Shown in pieces: positions 34,505-46,658 of a stretch of DNA of 64,000 nucleotides. Positions within the stretch are counted from its first letter, which is position 1. The number at the start of each line of letters is the position of its first letter. This DNA comes from Schizochytrium sp. TIO01. Its lineage: Eukaryota > Protista > Bigyra: Labyrinthulomycetes. The translations under genes were made by a program, and so were the position numbers. The notes under the pieces are model-generated. The model was not told the origin of the DNA, did no database searches, and was given only the letters and a program-made list of their open reading frames with translations. The stretch spans positions 2,642,436-2,706,435 of the forward strand of contig SMSO01000031.1 in NCBI GenBank assembly GCA_004764695.1, in the 5' to 3' direction.

Positions 34505-37500
34505 GCACGTGCAGCTCCAATAAGAATTTTCATTGAAATTGCCATCGTCGACTCCTGCGGAATCGCACGTCGTAGTCTTCTGGTAGAGGTGCTTCATTAC
34601 TAGCTTGCTATGCGCGGGGAAGACAGTCAGCAGCAGAAAATAAATTTATCATGGCCTTTCCCTTCCAGTAGTTACGATCGAGCTTTCTCTTACTATTGCG
34701 CGAGTATTCGTAACGTCAAGATAAAATGGCAGCCTTAATAGTAATTCTAGACCGATTGGCAGCGGCTTGATTGATTGATTGATTGATGGAGGAGCCATTT
34801 GCTTTGCAAGTGAATTTGACTAGTTCTACTAAGAAAATTTTTCTGCATATCAGCCCAAGACGCAATTCAATTTCTAATCTTTTATATATATATTTAATTA
34901 AGATAATTAAGATAAATAAAAGGAAATAAAAATACGCTTTAGCCTTCGACTGCGTGTCCGTCGTGTTCTCCCCGGGCGCTTTCGCCAAGATTCCTCGAAG
35001 ACCAGAACAAGCTAGCTGCTGGCTTGTGCTGCTAGTGCTGGTGTAAGATCCTGAGAGGGAAAGCTCGATTGATCGCCTCAAGAGGTTTGTAAATAGCTTT
35101 GTTCTTTCGGTGTTGTCGTTATCTTCACTCGCTCATTTCACCAGCGAATGTGAGTGAGATCCATTGATAGATACACGAGTGGGTGGTGTGTGCTCCTGAA
35201 TGAACACTCACTTTTGAACGAGACTGCGGCAAGTTCAAGCCTTTAGGTTTGTCTATGGCGGGTACGGATACAAGACAGGCTGCCGGCTGCCGGCTGCCGG
35301 CTTGAAAAAGCATGCGGCGTAGAAGAGTAGCACGTCAATCAATCGATCTAAGCTCACGTTGAATGCTTAATCACTGCTCTTCTTGTCCAGCCAGATACGA
35401 ACACCTAGGCTTACATATCATTCGAGGATACGTAGGTAGCGACATTCCGCTCTGCCAACCCTTGAAATTCCTGAGGACTGGCTGCCTGTGTAGGTACGCA
35501 CCAATGAGGTACGCCCAAGGCAGTACCTCCGCCCGAATGCATGAGAATGAGTTCAAAAGCAAGCTGCTGGCCTGCTTTCAGAGTCAAAATTTCGGGACGA
35601 AAAAATAGAAGATTATTAGCCATTTAAAGATCAAGAGTAAACAGAAAATAAATGTTGCTCTTCTTGTTTGGAGTCTTGACTGTTTGACTCCAAAATACAC
35701 GAGGATGGATGCTCGATTCTATTGCTTGGTGGAGAGTGAAAGAGAAGGATGGAGTGTACTTTTCTGAAAGCGCTAAAAAACAATGTAAAAGTACCTGGTA
35801 GAAAAGACGAAAGACAATAAAGTCTTCTCTAAAATTAACAAATAAACATTGAGCAAAATTATTTAGAAACAAACAACCTATCCCTCTCAGGCTTACTTAG
35901 TGTTTGACTTGGAGGAGGAGGTTCTACTTTATTTTTGCGAATGTTATTCTTGGTCTCACCCAAGAGAAGCTATCAGGAAAGTGTTTGAAGGGTTTTCATA
36001 TTTACACGTCCAGCCTCGGCCCAAGCGCTTAAAGTCCGAAGAACGTAGAACGTAGCATTCAGGTTTGAGCCATCTATTTAATTGGAAAGATCTGCATGGC
36101 GTAAAAATAAAGGGGGAGAAAAAAGTACCTCATGTTAAAAAATTACCCTTTAGGCTTCATTCCCCTCAAAGTAGCTCCGACTTTTAATTAAAACTCTTTT
36201 TAAATGAATGTTTAAAACAATGCCTTCCTCATCTTGTTTATTATTTTCAAGTATTGTTTTCTTTCATAGTTTGTTCCGACTCATAACAGAAACTATGATC
36301 TCGGACTGGAACTTGCGCTCTTTTCATCCATTGAATAATTAAATTTCATGGCCCACACGCGCTGCACAAGCCAGAGGAACGCCACATTCCCTTAGAGCAG
36401 AAGATAATAAGTATATATGGAAAAAGCTAGGGATGAGAAACTAGAACAAATGGTTTGGACAAGTGTTTCTCGGTGCAAGTTTGAGACGCGGCAGAGGACA
36501 GGGCATAATTGCGCAAGTAGGGCGAAAAGCCTAAAAAGCCTGGGCGTGCACTCAAGAAAGTCCGCTGTATGTTGTCGAGTTATCTGTTTGGAACAACTAT
36601 CAGTGAAGCTTTTTGAAGCACCTACCACGCCGGATGATGAGGGACTCGTTGACTGCCACGCCTCTCCAGCCTTTAATCTTCTTCCGCAAACTTTGGACCC
36701 AGACAAGCTAGGCACTACTACTACTCAAAATAGGTACTTCTCAATATATATATAAGTCACTACTAAGCAAGCAGAAGGAGAGGAGAACAGAACTCTATTT
36801 GAGTATAGCTTAAACATGCATGGAGGTCATCAGGTGTACAAGAGAATTCAGTTAATGAAGGAAGCACATACTACCAGAGCGCAGTCACGATCATACTTTA
36901 TGCAGGTCAGCTTCAATATCAAGGAGCTCAGTGCCTTACAAAAGAAAGCTATTAGCCGGGCAGGTGAAAGCTGCAGAGTCGCGTCCAAATGCGAATTTAT
37001 CAGTGGCCAGGCTCCAGCAGCTAGAGTACCTCCAAAAACATATTTTAAGTGGGGGCAAACGAGAAAAAATATATATGGATTTCCTTCCAAATTATCAACA
37101 GGGACTTGCACTCACTGAATTGTGCGGAAGGCAACGACATGCAGATCAGCGTCTGCATGAAAAAACAAACAGCTAGCTACTACAAAAACTGTATAGGAAA
37201 GTAGCAGTCTTGAACGCATGATACTCATATTGCAGAACTTTACTAATATATCAACGTTCGCCAGGAGGAGATCTCTATTCAATTAATTTTGTCTTTAGAT
37301 TTTGAACTATACTCGAGGCGAGTTGGAGGCGTACTCGAGTCGCACTCGCCAATCTTAACCGAAAAGGGGCTCCGCATAATCCTCGCTTGTTGAACTTCAG
37401 GCTTTTTGTTGCTAGAACATTAAACCCCTGAACGCTTTCGAACCATCATGCCGGCACTAACTGCTAACACGCAGATTGCATGTCGAGCTATGACAAATCT

Positions 37501-40500
37501 CGCAAATGAAACCAATTCCTATTTACTAAAGGAAACAAGAAAACGCCAGCGACGTAGTCAAAAGGTATTATTAGGTCGCATCATGGTGGTATAACCAGTG
37601 CGTTCACTGGTGCCCAAAATACAGCCATGCTAGTATATTGAACAGCGAGTGTAGAATCGATTCGGTCCCATAGCAGTGTCTAACGTTGGTGTGATTTTTG
37701 GATGTGAAACTGCTCAAATTCATGTGCAAGCGAAAAAACTGAGGTGTGGTTTACTTTTTCTTTTGCACGTGCCTACTAAGTTTTGCGACTCCTCCCCGAA
37801 AGTAGGACCACAGAGAATAGAAGCACTGCCGCAACCGTACTATCGAAGATAGGAATCGCCTGATTCCAGCCTTTTCATGCACGGATTTAAGTTGGCTCGC
37901 TCCGATTTAGGCTTTAGCCTTGCGTTTCTATACTAGCTAGACTCAGTCTGAGAGGTCGCCTTATAAAATTCAATTACATTCTAGCAATCTCAACTGCTTC
38001 CCCTCTGGCTAATTAATTATTTTCATTTTCAGTCTTAAATGTTGCAATTAAAATTCTAATGGAGTAATTCAGGCGAGATTTAAATGTGAAAAGGGCTTCT
38101 CGGCATGCATTTTCTCTTTACATGGCTCCGGCTTGAATGGTTCTCCTTCATTAAAACTTTCCACTCATGCTTATTGAGGAATGGTGGAGGTTCTTGCGCA
38201 AATTCTTTTGCTTGTTTAAAATGAGATTAGCTTTTTTCTTCTCATTTCTTTATTATTTCAAAAGGAAAAAAAGAGGGAAAAAGAGGGAAAAAGAGGAAAA
38301 AAGTATCTGCAATATTCACTGTGTTAAAAGAAAACGCATAAGGAATAGAATAAAGAAGACCATAGTGGTGCCATTCGTTTGGCTGCTTCTCCTCATACCA
38401 CCGTTGATCCACTCCAGGAATTGGCGTGTCGTTATGGTTCACAGGGAATTCATTTTTAAAAGCGTGAAGAGAGCTGATCATGTCAGATTGCTTTTGTGGG
38501 AGTGCTTCGTTGTACTCCGATGCAGAGTCCTTACGCAGCCTGGCTCTGGAATTTTGTTGATTTGATGAATAGATGTTCAGTATATTTGCTTTCTTTCAGT
38601 TCGGTAAGAGTTGCAGTGTTTTGCGAAAGTCAGCAAGGAAGCTACACTTGTCAATAGCACCAACAGCAATGACAAGAACAATATATTGTTGCAGGGTTCA
38701 GGCAAGGCAGGCAAGGTGGGCAAGTTATGTGGGTCTCGATAAAATCAAACAGATACTTCGCGGGTCCGCTATCAATTTGCACTTTACCGAAAGGTCCACT
38801 GGAGTCATGGCGGTCTCCATGTCCTCGAAGCTACTTGCATATGCAACTCTATCTTTGATTAAATAGGTGGTTATAACTCTTTTCTTTACCAGACAAGTAC
38901 CTCTACAACCCCGTAGAGTCATTACACTCCAATATTAGGCTTTTGCCATTGGCAGATTATACATACGAACGAGAAGATCTATCTCGTGAATGTGTATATT
39001 TGTGTAACACTTGTCTTCAATCAATTCCTTATCCAACCCCTCCGTGGAATTTCGTGAAATAGTCCACACGCAAGCAGATATCTGAAAACGCTGATTATTA
39101 CTACTGTTGCATCCTATCTCGTCGTCAGGGATTTTGCGGTACATGGAGATACATAGACGCGGCACGTGATACGTAGGGCACCAACTCAGTCCTCGCCTCT
39201 ACTACTTACTCTATAAATGTAATTTTTGCTTATGAAAAGCATAGCTCTTGGACTGCATGGCTGATTTCTTCTCTTCTTTGATTTGCGGGGAAAGTGTGTA
39301 AGAAATGGAGAACTGACAATACAGATCATAGAAATGTGATTAGATTTATCACTAGTCCTTCATCTGATACACTTTTAAAAAATAAAAAATACTACTAATG
39401 TGTCTACTGTTTTTCTCTTTCTTCTATACAAATGAAAACATAAGGTAAAAACAAACGTGACAGCCAACTATCTCTTACTAATTCACCATTCGATTGTGGG
39501 GCAAATTGCATACCTAGCTGTAATTGAGCAAACTATGCTTAAAATTTGGACATATTTAAGACCAATGATCCAGGGTTTATTGGAGTTGTCAAGGGCACCC
39601 TTACCGCAGAATTCCCTTCTTGAACTTAAAGAAACCGATTAAATCATGAATATATGACATGACGACAAAATTCTGGAGGCCAAAAGCAGACGCTTGAGCA
39701 AAGTTTGGACTCCTAAAGTACTCAACAAAGCAACGCAAATAATATATGTTAAATTATTCTAAGGTTTCGATGGGATATTCAGAAGCTATCTACTAGGAAC
39801 AATCCTCATTTAAGAATACAAGCGGCAAGCTTTATTGAGAGCTTTCACGATCTTCTAATTGCTCCTTCTTCTCATAAGTATTGCCTATCTGCTTATCTGC
39901 CTAATTTATTAGTCTTCGTTAAATCCGTCGAATTTTTCACGATAATCACTAAAAAAATAACGTGGAGATGTGTAGGTAGGTCAACATATCACCATGGTGG
40001 AATGGTGAACTCCTTTTTCTTTTTCTATATCAAAGTTCTCCATTTATTACTATAATTATTATTAATTTGTGAATTTAAGAAAAAAATACATTATTATAGA
40101 ATTCAGTATATATTTTTAGTTAGTAAGTAGTCTCTTATTAATGTTTGCTTTTTAATCCATAGTTTTCAATGCTGACAGCAGCAATTATTTAATTTATTTT
40201 AAGATTAATTTTTTATTTAAAAAATTAAATTAATAACAACAGCAACAAATTAAAAAGAAGCACGTGAGGATTGTAGCGCGTGTGCAGGCGCTGGTCTCCG
40301 TGGTAGCTCAAGTTTCGAGTCTAAATTCCATTGAATCAACGTTTTCGCTAGCCAATCTTCACTATACGACCCTTCTCTAGCCCCTGCGCTGACCAATGAC
40401 TCTTTGGCCTTTCATTTCCTTTCTTCAGAAAAGTCGCTGTCACTCTGAAAAGCAGACATGGCGAAATGCAGAATATTGCAGGCAGGTTGGAGTACCTTCC

Positions 40501-40980
40501 GGCTATTAGACTATCTTTGGACAAGGTAGTGACCTATCTACTTAGCTACTGCTGGAAATCACTGGCTACTTCAGGAGGTAGCTCGGCAGAGCTGGTTGCC
40601 TCCGATCCGTCGTGGCCATCCTTTTCTTCGTTCCATCAAGCTTTGTTTTACCAGCATCATCCATCCATCCACCCATGATTCGCCGAATTGGGAACAACTG
40701 AAAGCACAACACTACCGTGAGCCTACTCGCGACGCGAAAAACTACGGCTAGTTACCGCATATGCTTGACAGCTTGCCAGCCAACGACCTTGAAGCAAGTC
40801 GCACAAGCAAGGAACGGCGTGTCGTCTTCCGAAGGGCGTGCATCTTAAATTCCCAGCCTTTTTTTTTTAATTCTACAGAATACTACAGAACCCCCTTTTA
40901 ATACAGAGCTCTAAACCACAGAACATTTCCGGTAAATATTGTTTTTAATTCATCTTTAAAAAATTAAAATAAATAAATAT

Positions 40981-41022
<42 letters not shown>

Positions 41023-43695
41023 GAAAGACTTTGTCTATTTCTGTTCCTATTTCCTTGAACATTCCCCCTCACGCTATGTAAGTTCGTACTTTAAATAACA
41101 TTTATATATTTCTTATCAAAATCCCATCTAAATTGGGGTAGTTCAACAATTCGACAAGACGGAGCTACTTCAACACTGCTAGCTTTGCTCGCGTCTTTTG
41201 CAAGTTCGTCCAGATCATGCGATTCGTTTCGGCGTCGCCATTCAGGATTACACGACATTCATACAAACAGACAGACATGATAAAGACTGGGCGTGAGCCC
41301 CCTGAGCTCAGGGCCGCCACTCCCTGACTTGAAAAAATAGCTAGCATCAAAGGTCGCCGCAAAACGTCAAGAAGGGCTCCTTCATCAGGGCGAGACAGAA
41401 TGCTATTGTCAGCAAAAGCAGGAGAGCAGCCAGGGCCGGCCTCTTTGAGTGTGCAGGGAGATGCAAGCGCCAAGGATGCCTCCGTCAGGTCTGCACTTGT
41501 CTCTTTGAGTTCTTGTTACAAAGAGTTGAGCTGTGCAGTTCAGAGTGATGAAGCGAGGTGAACCTGTGTCTTCGCATGATGGAAATACATCAAAAGTCTG
41601 ATTCGCTTGCTACTGCTTCTAATACTCTCTCTAGTTGACAGTCTAAAGAAGAAGAATATAGTTATGGGTTATATATTAGGTATTCAAGTTGTTTCGTGAT
41701 AACAAAATCATCTTGTTTTCAGGGGTAACATGAAATCTTTTACTTCTACTTCTACTAAAAGCAGGATACTGTCTACCTAGTACATACCTACAAAATGATC
41801 CAATAATAATTTAAAACAATTATTATTCTGTTAGTTTTTTTTTTTGTATCTCTCTTTAGGTACTCACCAAAGGTATGAAGAGTTGCTTCTATACATACTG
41901 TGTTGCCTAGTGAATAACTTAAGACTGAAAACAAAAGCAACTAACAAAATTAAATTAAAAAAAGCATTAAAATATTTGAAAGAAAACAGGGAAGAGAAGG
42001 TCACACATCCTAGGGCCGAGCTGCCACTAAGTTCCTATGAGGAAGTCCTACATGTATGCACGCATATATGGTGGCTTATCGTGCATCCGAAAGAACTACA
42101 GTGAAAATTTGGAGAATTGCGAGGAAGAACTAACTTCAAGTAAAACATCACAAAGGCCGAGGCCTCTGAAGGCTGGCGACAGTCTAAGCAAGCTGGCGAC
42201 AGCTCAGCGCTGCAGCCTCCCAGGGCCTGCATGGGCAGGAAGTGGGAATCATTGGAGTCGCCTCAGGGCCGCCGCAGGATGGCGAAAAGGAAACTGCTGC
42301 CCGGCGCTTCCCCGAGTTTGAAAGAACTCTCTTGCACGTGTTTCGTGAGGGGTCGATTCGCAGGCCCTGGACTCCGACAGCCCACAATCGTTTCTTCAGC
42401 CTATGTATTTGCAGAGATCAATTGCAAGTAGTCAATTGCCTAATAAGTCCTAGTGATGTCAAGGCCTATCTTAATTACCACTAAGAGGGTCACTAAGGTT
42501 GCTAAATGGAGTATAGGGAGCCATGATCTCGGTCCTCGCTAGGAGAAGGAACAATTGATTTTGAGCGCGAGCCAAAGGCAAGTGCTGCGGCCACCGTTTC
42601 ACAGAGACAAAATTGGAAGGCTGCTCGAAGCCCCCAGCAACAAGTGCTTTTGCTCTCAGAGCCCTTCCCCGTATGAGAGATATCTTATACGAAGCCTAGG
42701 AGCTCTGTCTTCGTGTGTCCATAACTTACGAAGATGGCGCTATAATTTCCACTCGAATATGCGATGATCGCTTCTCAATTGCAAAGAAGGTAATCCGTAC
42801 TAGTAGGTAGCTATGTAGGTGCTACCAGGTCTTACTGCAGAGGTAGGATCCAAAAGAGCAACATGCATCAGAGATGATTTTTATATCTGCGTCCAAGTCC
42901 ACGCGCACCAGACTGACACGGAACCGAAACAGTTGACGCGCTCCTCTGCGGTCTAAGCTGCAATACTTGAGTCATCCATAGAAAGAGACGGGGACCCAGA
43001 GAGTCCAGTGTAGATAGCAGGGTTGGCTGTATCTCAGATCCGACTCGTGATTCGATTCACAAGCCGAGGAGGACCTTCAAGCGCTGTCACGGTCTGACTA
43101 GGTTAATTTGTAAGATAAACTTAGCAACTAACGAACAAAGTCAAACCAGTTACTTTGCCTGGTGGAAAACCTTGATCTCTGAGCAGGTGCTCCTCCTACT
43201 CGCAATGAAGAGCTAATTTATTTCTAGCAGCTTTTCCAATCCGGGCCAAAAAGATTCCGAACTGCGTGGGCAGAAGTAGGTGCGGCACGTATCGCGGCCC
43301 TTTCCAAGCCCTCAATTTATTCGCAAGCTTGTCGTGTAGACCCGCTCAGTCAAAACATACCAACAGTGAACGCTCGAACTTCAACTCTTAGTCAGTTCCA
43401 ATCATTTCTATCGTTCGGGTAGCATGAGCGAAACAGGAGTACAAGAAGGTTAGGAGCGGCAAGCTTCCCTCGCAAGATTAGAAGCGCACGTGATGATTAT
43501 TATGCTGCGCAGCCAGGACTTCAAAAGCGGCCAGAGAGAAGAAGACGAACACCAGAAATATAAGGCCTAGGAATTAGCTAGAAGTAAACCCGCAATTTGC
43601 GCTCCTGCTTTCGTTTCAGGAATACTAACAAATAGGCTATCATCGCTCTTTTTTAAACTTCCTACATATTCCGTGCTTCAGGCTCTATCACGTGC
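34505..43695. promoter_or_regulatory. Cluster of seven GCACGTG (extended E-box/G-box) sites upstream of the C2H2 TF gene
   Basis: CACGTG at 34506, 37766, 39163, 40261, 42335, 43487 and 43689. Each reads GCACGTG on one strand. Confidence 0.45.
40985..41018. repeat. (TA)17 microsatellite
   Basis: Read directly. Confidence 0.95.
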
Positions 43696-46658
43696 ACGAG
43701 TTTTCCACTTTTGAAAACATTGTTTTTCTTTGGTTTTGAATATTATAAAATTAATATTTCAAGAACTAAAATAGACTATAACTTTGGATCACTATTACAG
43801 TTGCGACTGTGCGGTGGTAATAGGCGTCGTATGGGTTCAAAGAATTATTCCATTTAAATGAAATAGAAATAACAAAAGCATATTACAAGGTTATTATTCC
43901 CCATATCTCTTCATTCAATAACACTCCATATACGAATAATAATGACGCTGGGTCTCCAAGGTTCGCACCACTTTAAAAGAAGTCCCCTGTCAACTAGTTT
44001 TGTCTTCTTTTCTTTTCAAGTAATTTTTTCATTTGCCAGGGTAGTCTATGCTATGCCGTTTTGTACATCGAACATAATAATTAAATAAAAATAGTATAAA
44101 AACAAATTCCAGGATCGCTCTTTCTTTCTCTTCTTATATAACTTTTCTTATACTATATTTATCCTATCCTCATTAGTAAATTGCATAGACGCAAAGAAAG
44201 CACGCAAAGAAAGCACATGATCCCGGTCTTCGTTTTTTTTTTACGTTTCTTGGGAAAGTGCAGAAGATCTTTCTTTTTGATTAGTTTAATTCATCCTAGG
44301 TAAAGCATCTTTCTTTAGCATATTTATTATATTGATAAACCGAGAAAAACGATCATATTGGTAGGCTAAGCAACTGAGGTCTAACACTAATGCTAAAGGT
44401 ACCATCATAGCAAGTTCAATAGTTGCATTAGAAGGTAATAATCATCGCATATGCCTTTATATAAGTGTATCAATATTTTTTTTTCGCTTTAAAAACTAAA
44501 TTGAATTAAACTCCTTTCCCCCCCCTATTTTAATATTTCATTAAGAATCAACGTCGAGAGTATAGATTATTCTGAGTTTCCTTTTCGACTGTTTTTTCAT
44601 TTCTTTTTTCCTCTAAGCAATTGAGAACTAACTTTTGACCTCCCCTTAATCGCTGATTCAATTTTGCTTGCCTGCTTGGTTTTGTCTCTCGTAGAGGATG
44701 ATTGATACTCAGATCAATCATTGTCTTCCTGAGCTTAGAAACTGCGGTTCAAGCGAATTAGCTCTTGCACTTAGATGGAAGACCTTATCGCTCAAAGAAA
44801 ATTTATAAGGGCACAGTCATTATCTAGCCTCTATTTAACGCTTGTCAATCTTGCTTTAATACTATATATCTCTTATTATCTCCAGCTTTGATAATGAATA
44901 ACAACTAGGACCTCCTTTCAAATTAAAAACTTTCTCTTTATAGACTTGAAATCTGAGAGTACATAGGTTGGAAGTTTCATGGATTTTTTTTTCTCTCTAA
45001 ATTTGGAAATATGACTTCCATCAATGGATTATTGCCATTCGTTTACGAATTCTCTTTTTCACTTCAAGTAAAACATAATTATTTTTCATTTTGTTGATGA
45101 ATTCATAATGAAGCCAGCCTTCAGCACTTACATGAGTTATTCCCAAGGCATTCGCCGAGGTAGCGTACGAATGCATATACTCCTCCCAAGAAACAGACAA
45201 AGAGAACTGAGCAGAAACAGTGAAATATAAAAAACAAGAGCGTCAAGAAATAGACTCTTTCAATTCCTGTGCTGTTGCTAATTTAAATTATTAAAAAAAA
45301 AAAAAAAAAGTGTAGAGAGCACAGAGAAAGTGATAGCGGAAGAGAACCTGTATAGCCTCTGTTCTAAGTAAGAATCCAGGCTCGTCCATGCCCGCATCTT
45401 CACCCAGTCTCATACGTCAATTCAACTCAAATACCTCTCTAGTGGCACAGCTACAGCCATTATACACCCTCCAAACCAGGCGCTCGACCCCATTCCTCAA
45501 GCAAATAAACTTCGACAATGTATTTTCTTGCTGCGGCGGTCACGTCACCCCCAATTTATTAAAATGGGAAGAGATTAAATCCAACGTTTCCAAAACTCCA
45601 AAGAATCGCGCCCTTTCAAGACACTTAAGAATATAGATCTTGCTAGCTTCTTTTTGAACATATAAAATGAAAATAGCGATAGAGAAAAGTTTGGTAGCAA
45701 ACAGGTTATTTTATAATTTAAAAAGTAACCTCCCCTGCCTGCTCTTCATCGCCATTGAATAGGATAAATCATAAAAACAGGCATAAAGCACCAGAACAAA
45801 GAAACTTTCAAGTCGCCTGCGTCTTTCTCACGCTACTCGTTGTGCAGCTTGAATAATAAATGAGCAGCCAGCCAAGCAGATCTGCACGCCCAGGCCGCGA
45901 CGAGAGGATATATCGCCTCTAAATGTATATATTGATATTTCCAAGCGCCGAATATGAGGTGCTGTGTGCTGCGCTGATAGAAGATGATAGTACTCATTTC
46001 GGTCAATCATTACGCTCTTTTGCATTCCAGTATTCTCTTTTCTTTTCACATTCTGGCGGCGGTGGTTGTCTCGACTACCCTAAAGTGTTATTTTTCTCTT
46101 TCTACGGCCAATCCTTCCCGTGCCCTCTCACTCCCTCTGCTGCTTCTCCCTAACTTTCTTTCTTTCTTTTTGTTCGCCGTGAACACTCGGCCTAAATGAA
46201 AAGAACTTCCTCCTTCTTCCATTTCAAATCAATACCCACCGAAGTGATTCTTTTGATTTAAAACCTTCAAATAAAAGGGGGGAGAAAACAAAATGGGATA
46301 TGAAAGAGGACCCTATCTGGCTGGCATCTGTCTGGCTGGCAGCGGGGTGGCCGCAAGAATATAGATAGAGAATGAGGGGGACTTGATTTAAAAAGAAACA
46401 AAAAAAGTTGGAAGAAGAGACCTGAAGCAATAGAAGAAAAACAAAGAGAAAGAAAATCCGGCAGGCAGGCACGCTCGGGCAACAGCAGAACCAATTCGTC
46501 TGCGCGCGGCTGCCCAGCACGTAGATTAAGAGAAAGACCAAAAGCCAGATCATACATATATATAATCAATAGCTACACAGCCGTCAACCAGAGGCAACAC
46601 AAGGCAAACAAAGATTGATCAACGACTGTGCGACCAACAGCCCCTAATCAGGTCGAGC

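Noticed and set aside
37540-37720. WD40-like words (HHGGITS, LDVK)
   Set aside because: Too fragmentary across frames to support.
38167-38565. 132-aa K/F-rich ORF
   Set aside because: Derived largely from poly-A/poly-T tracts; the composition is not protein-like.
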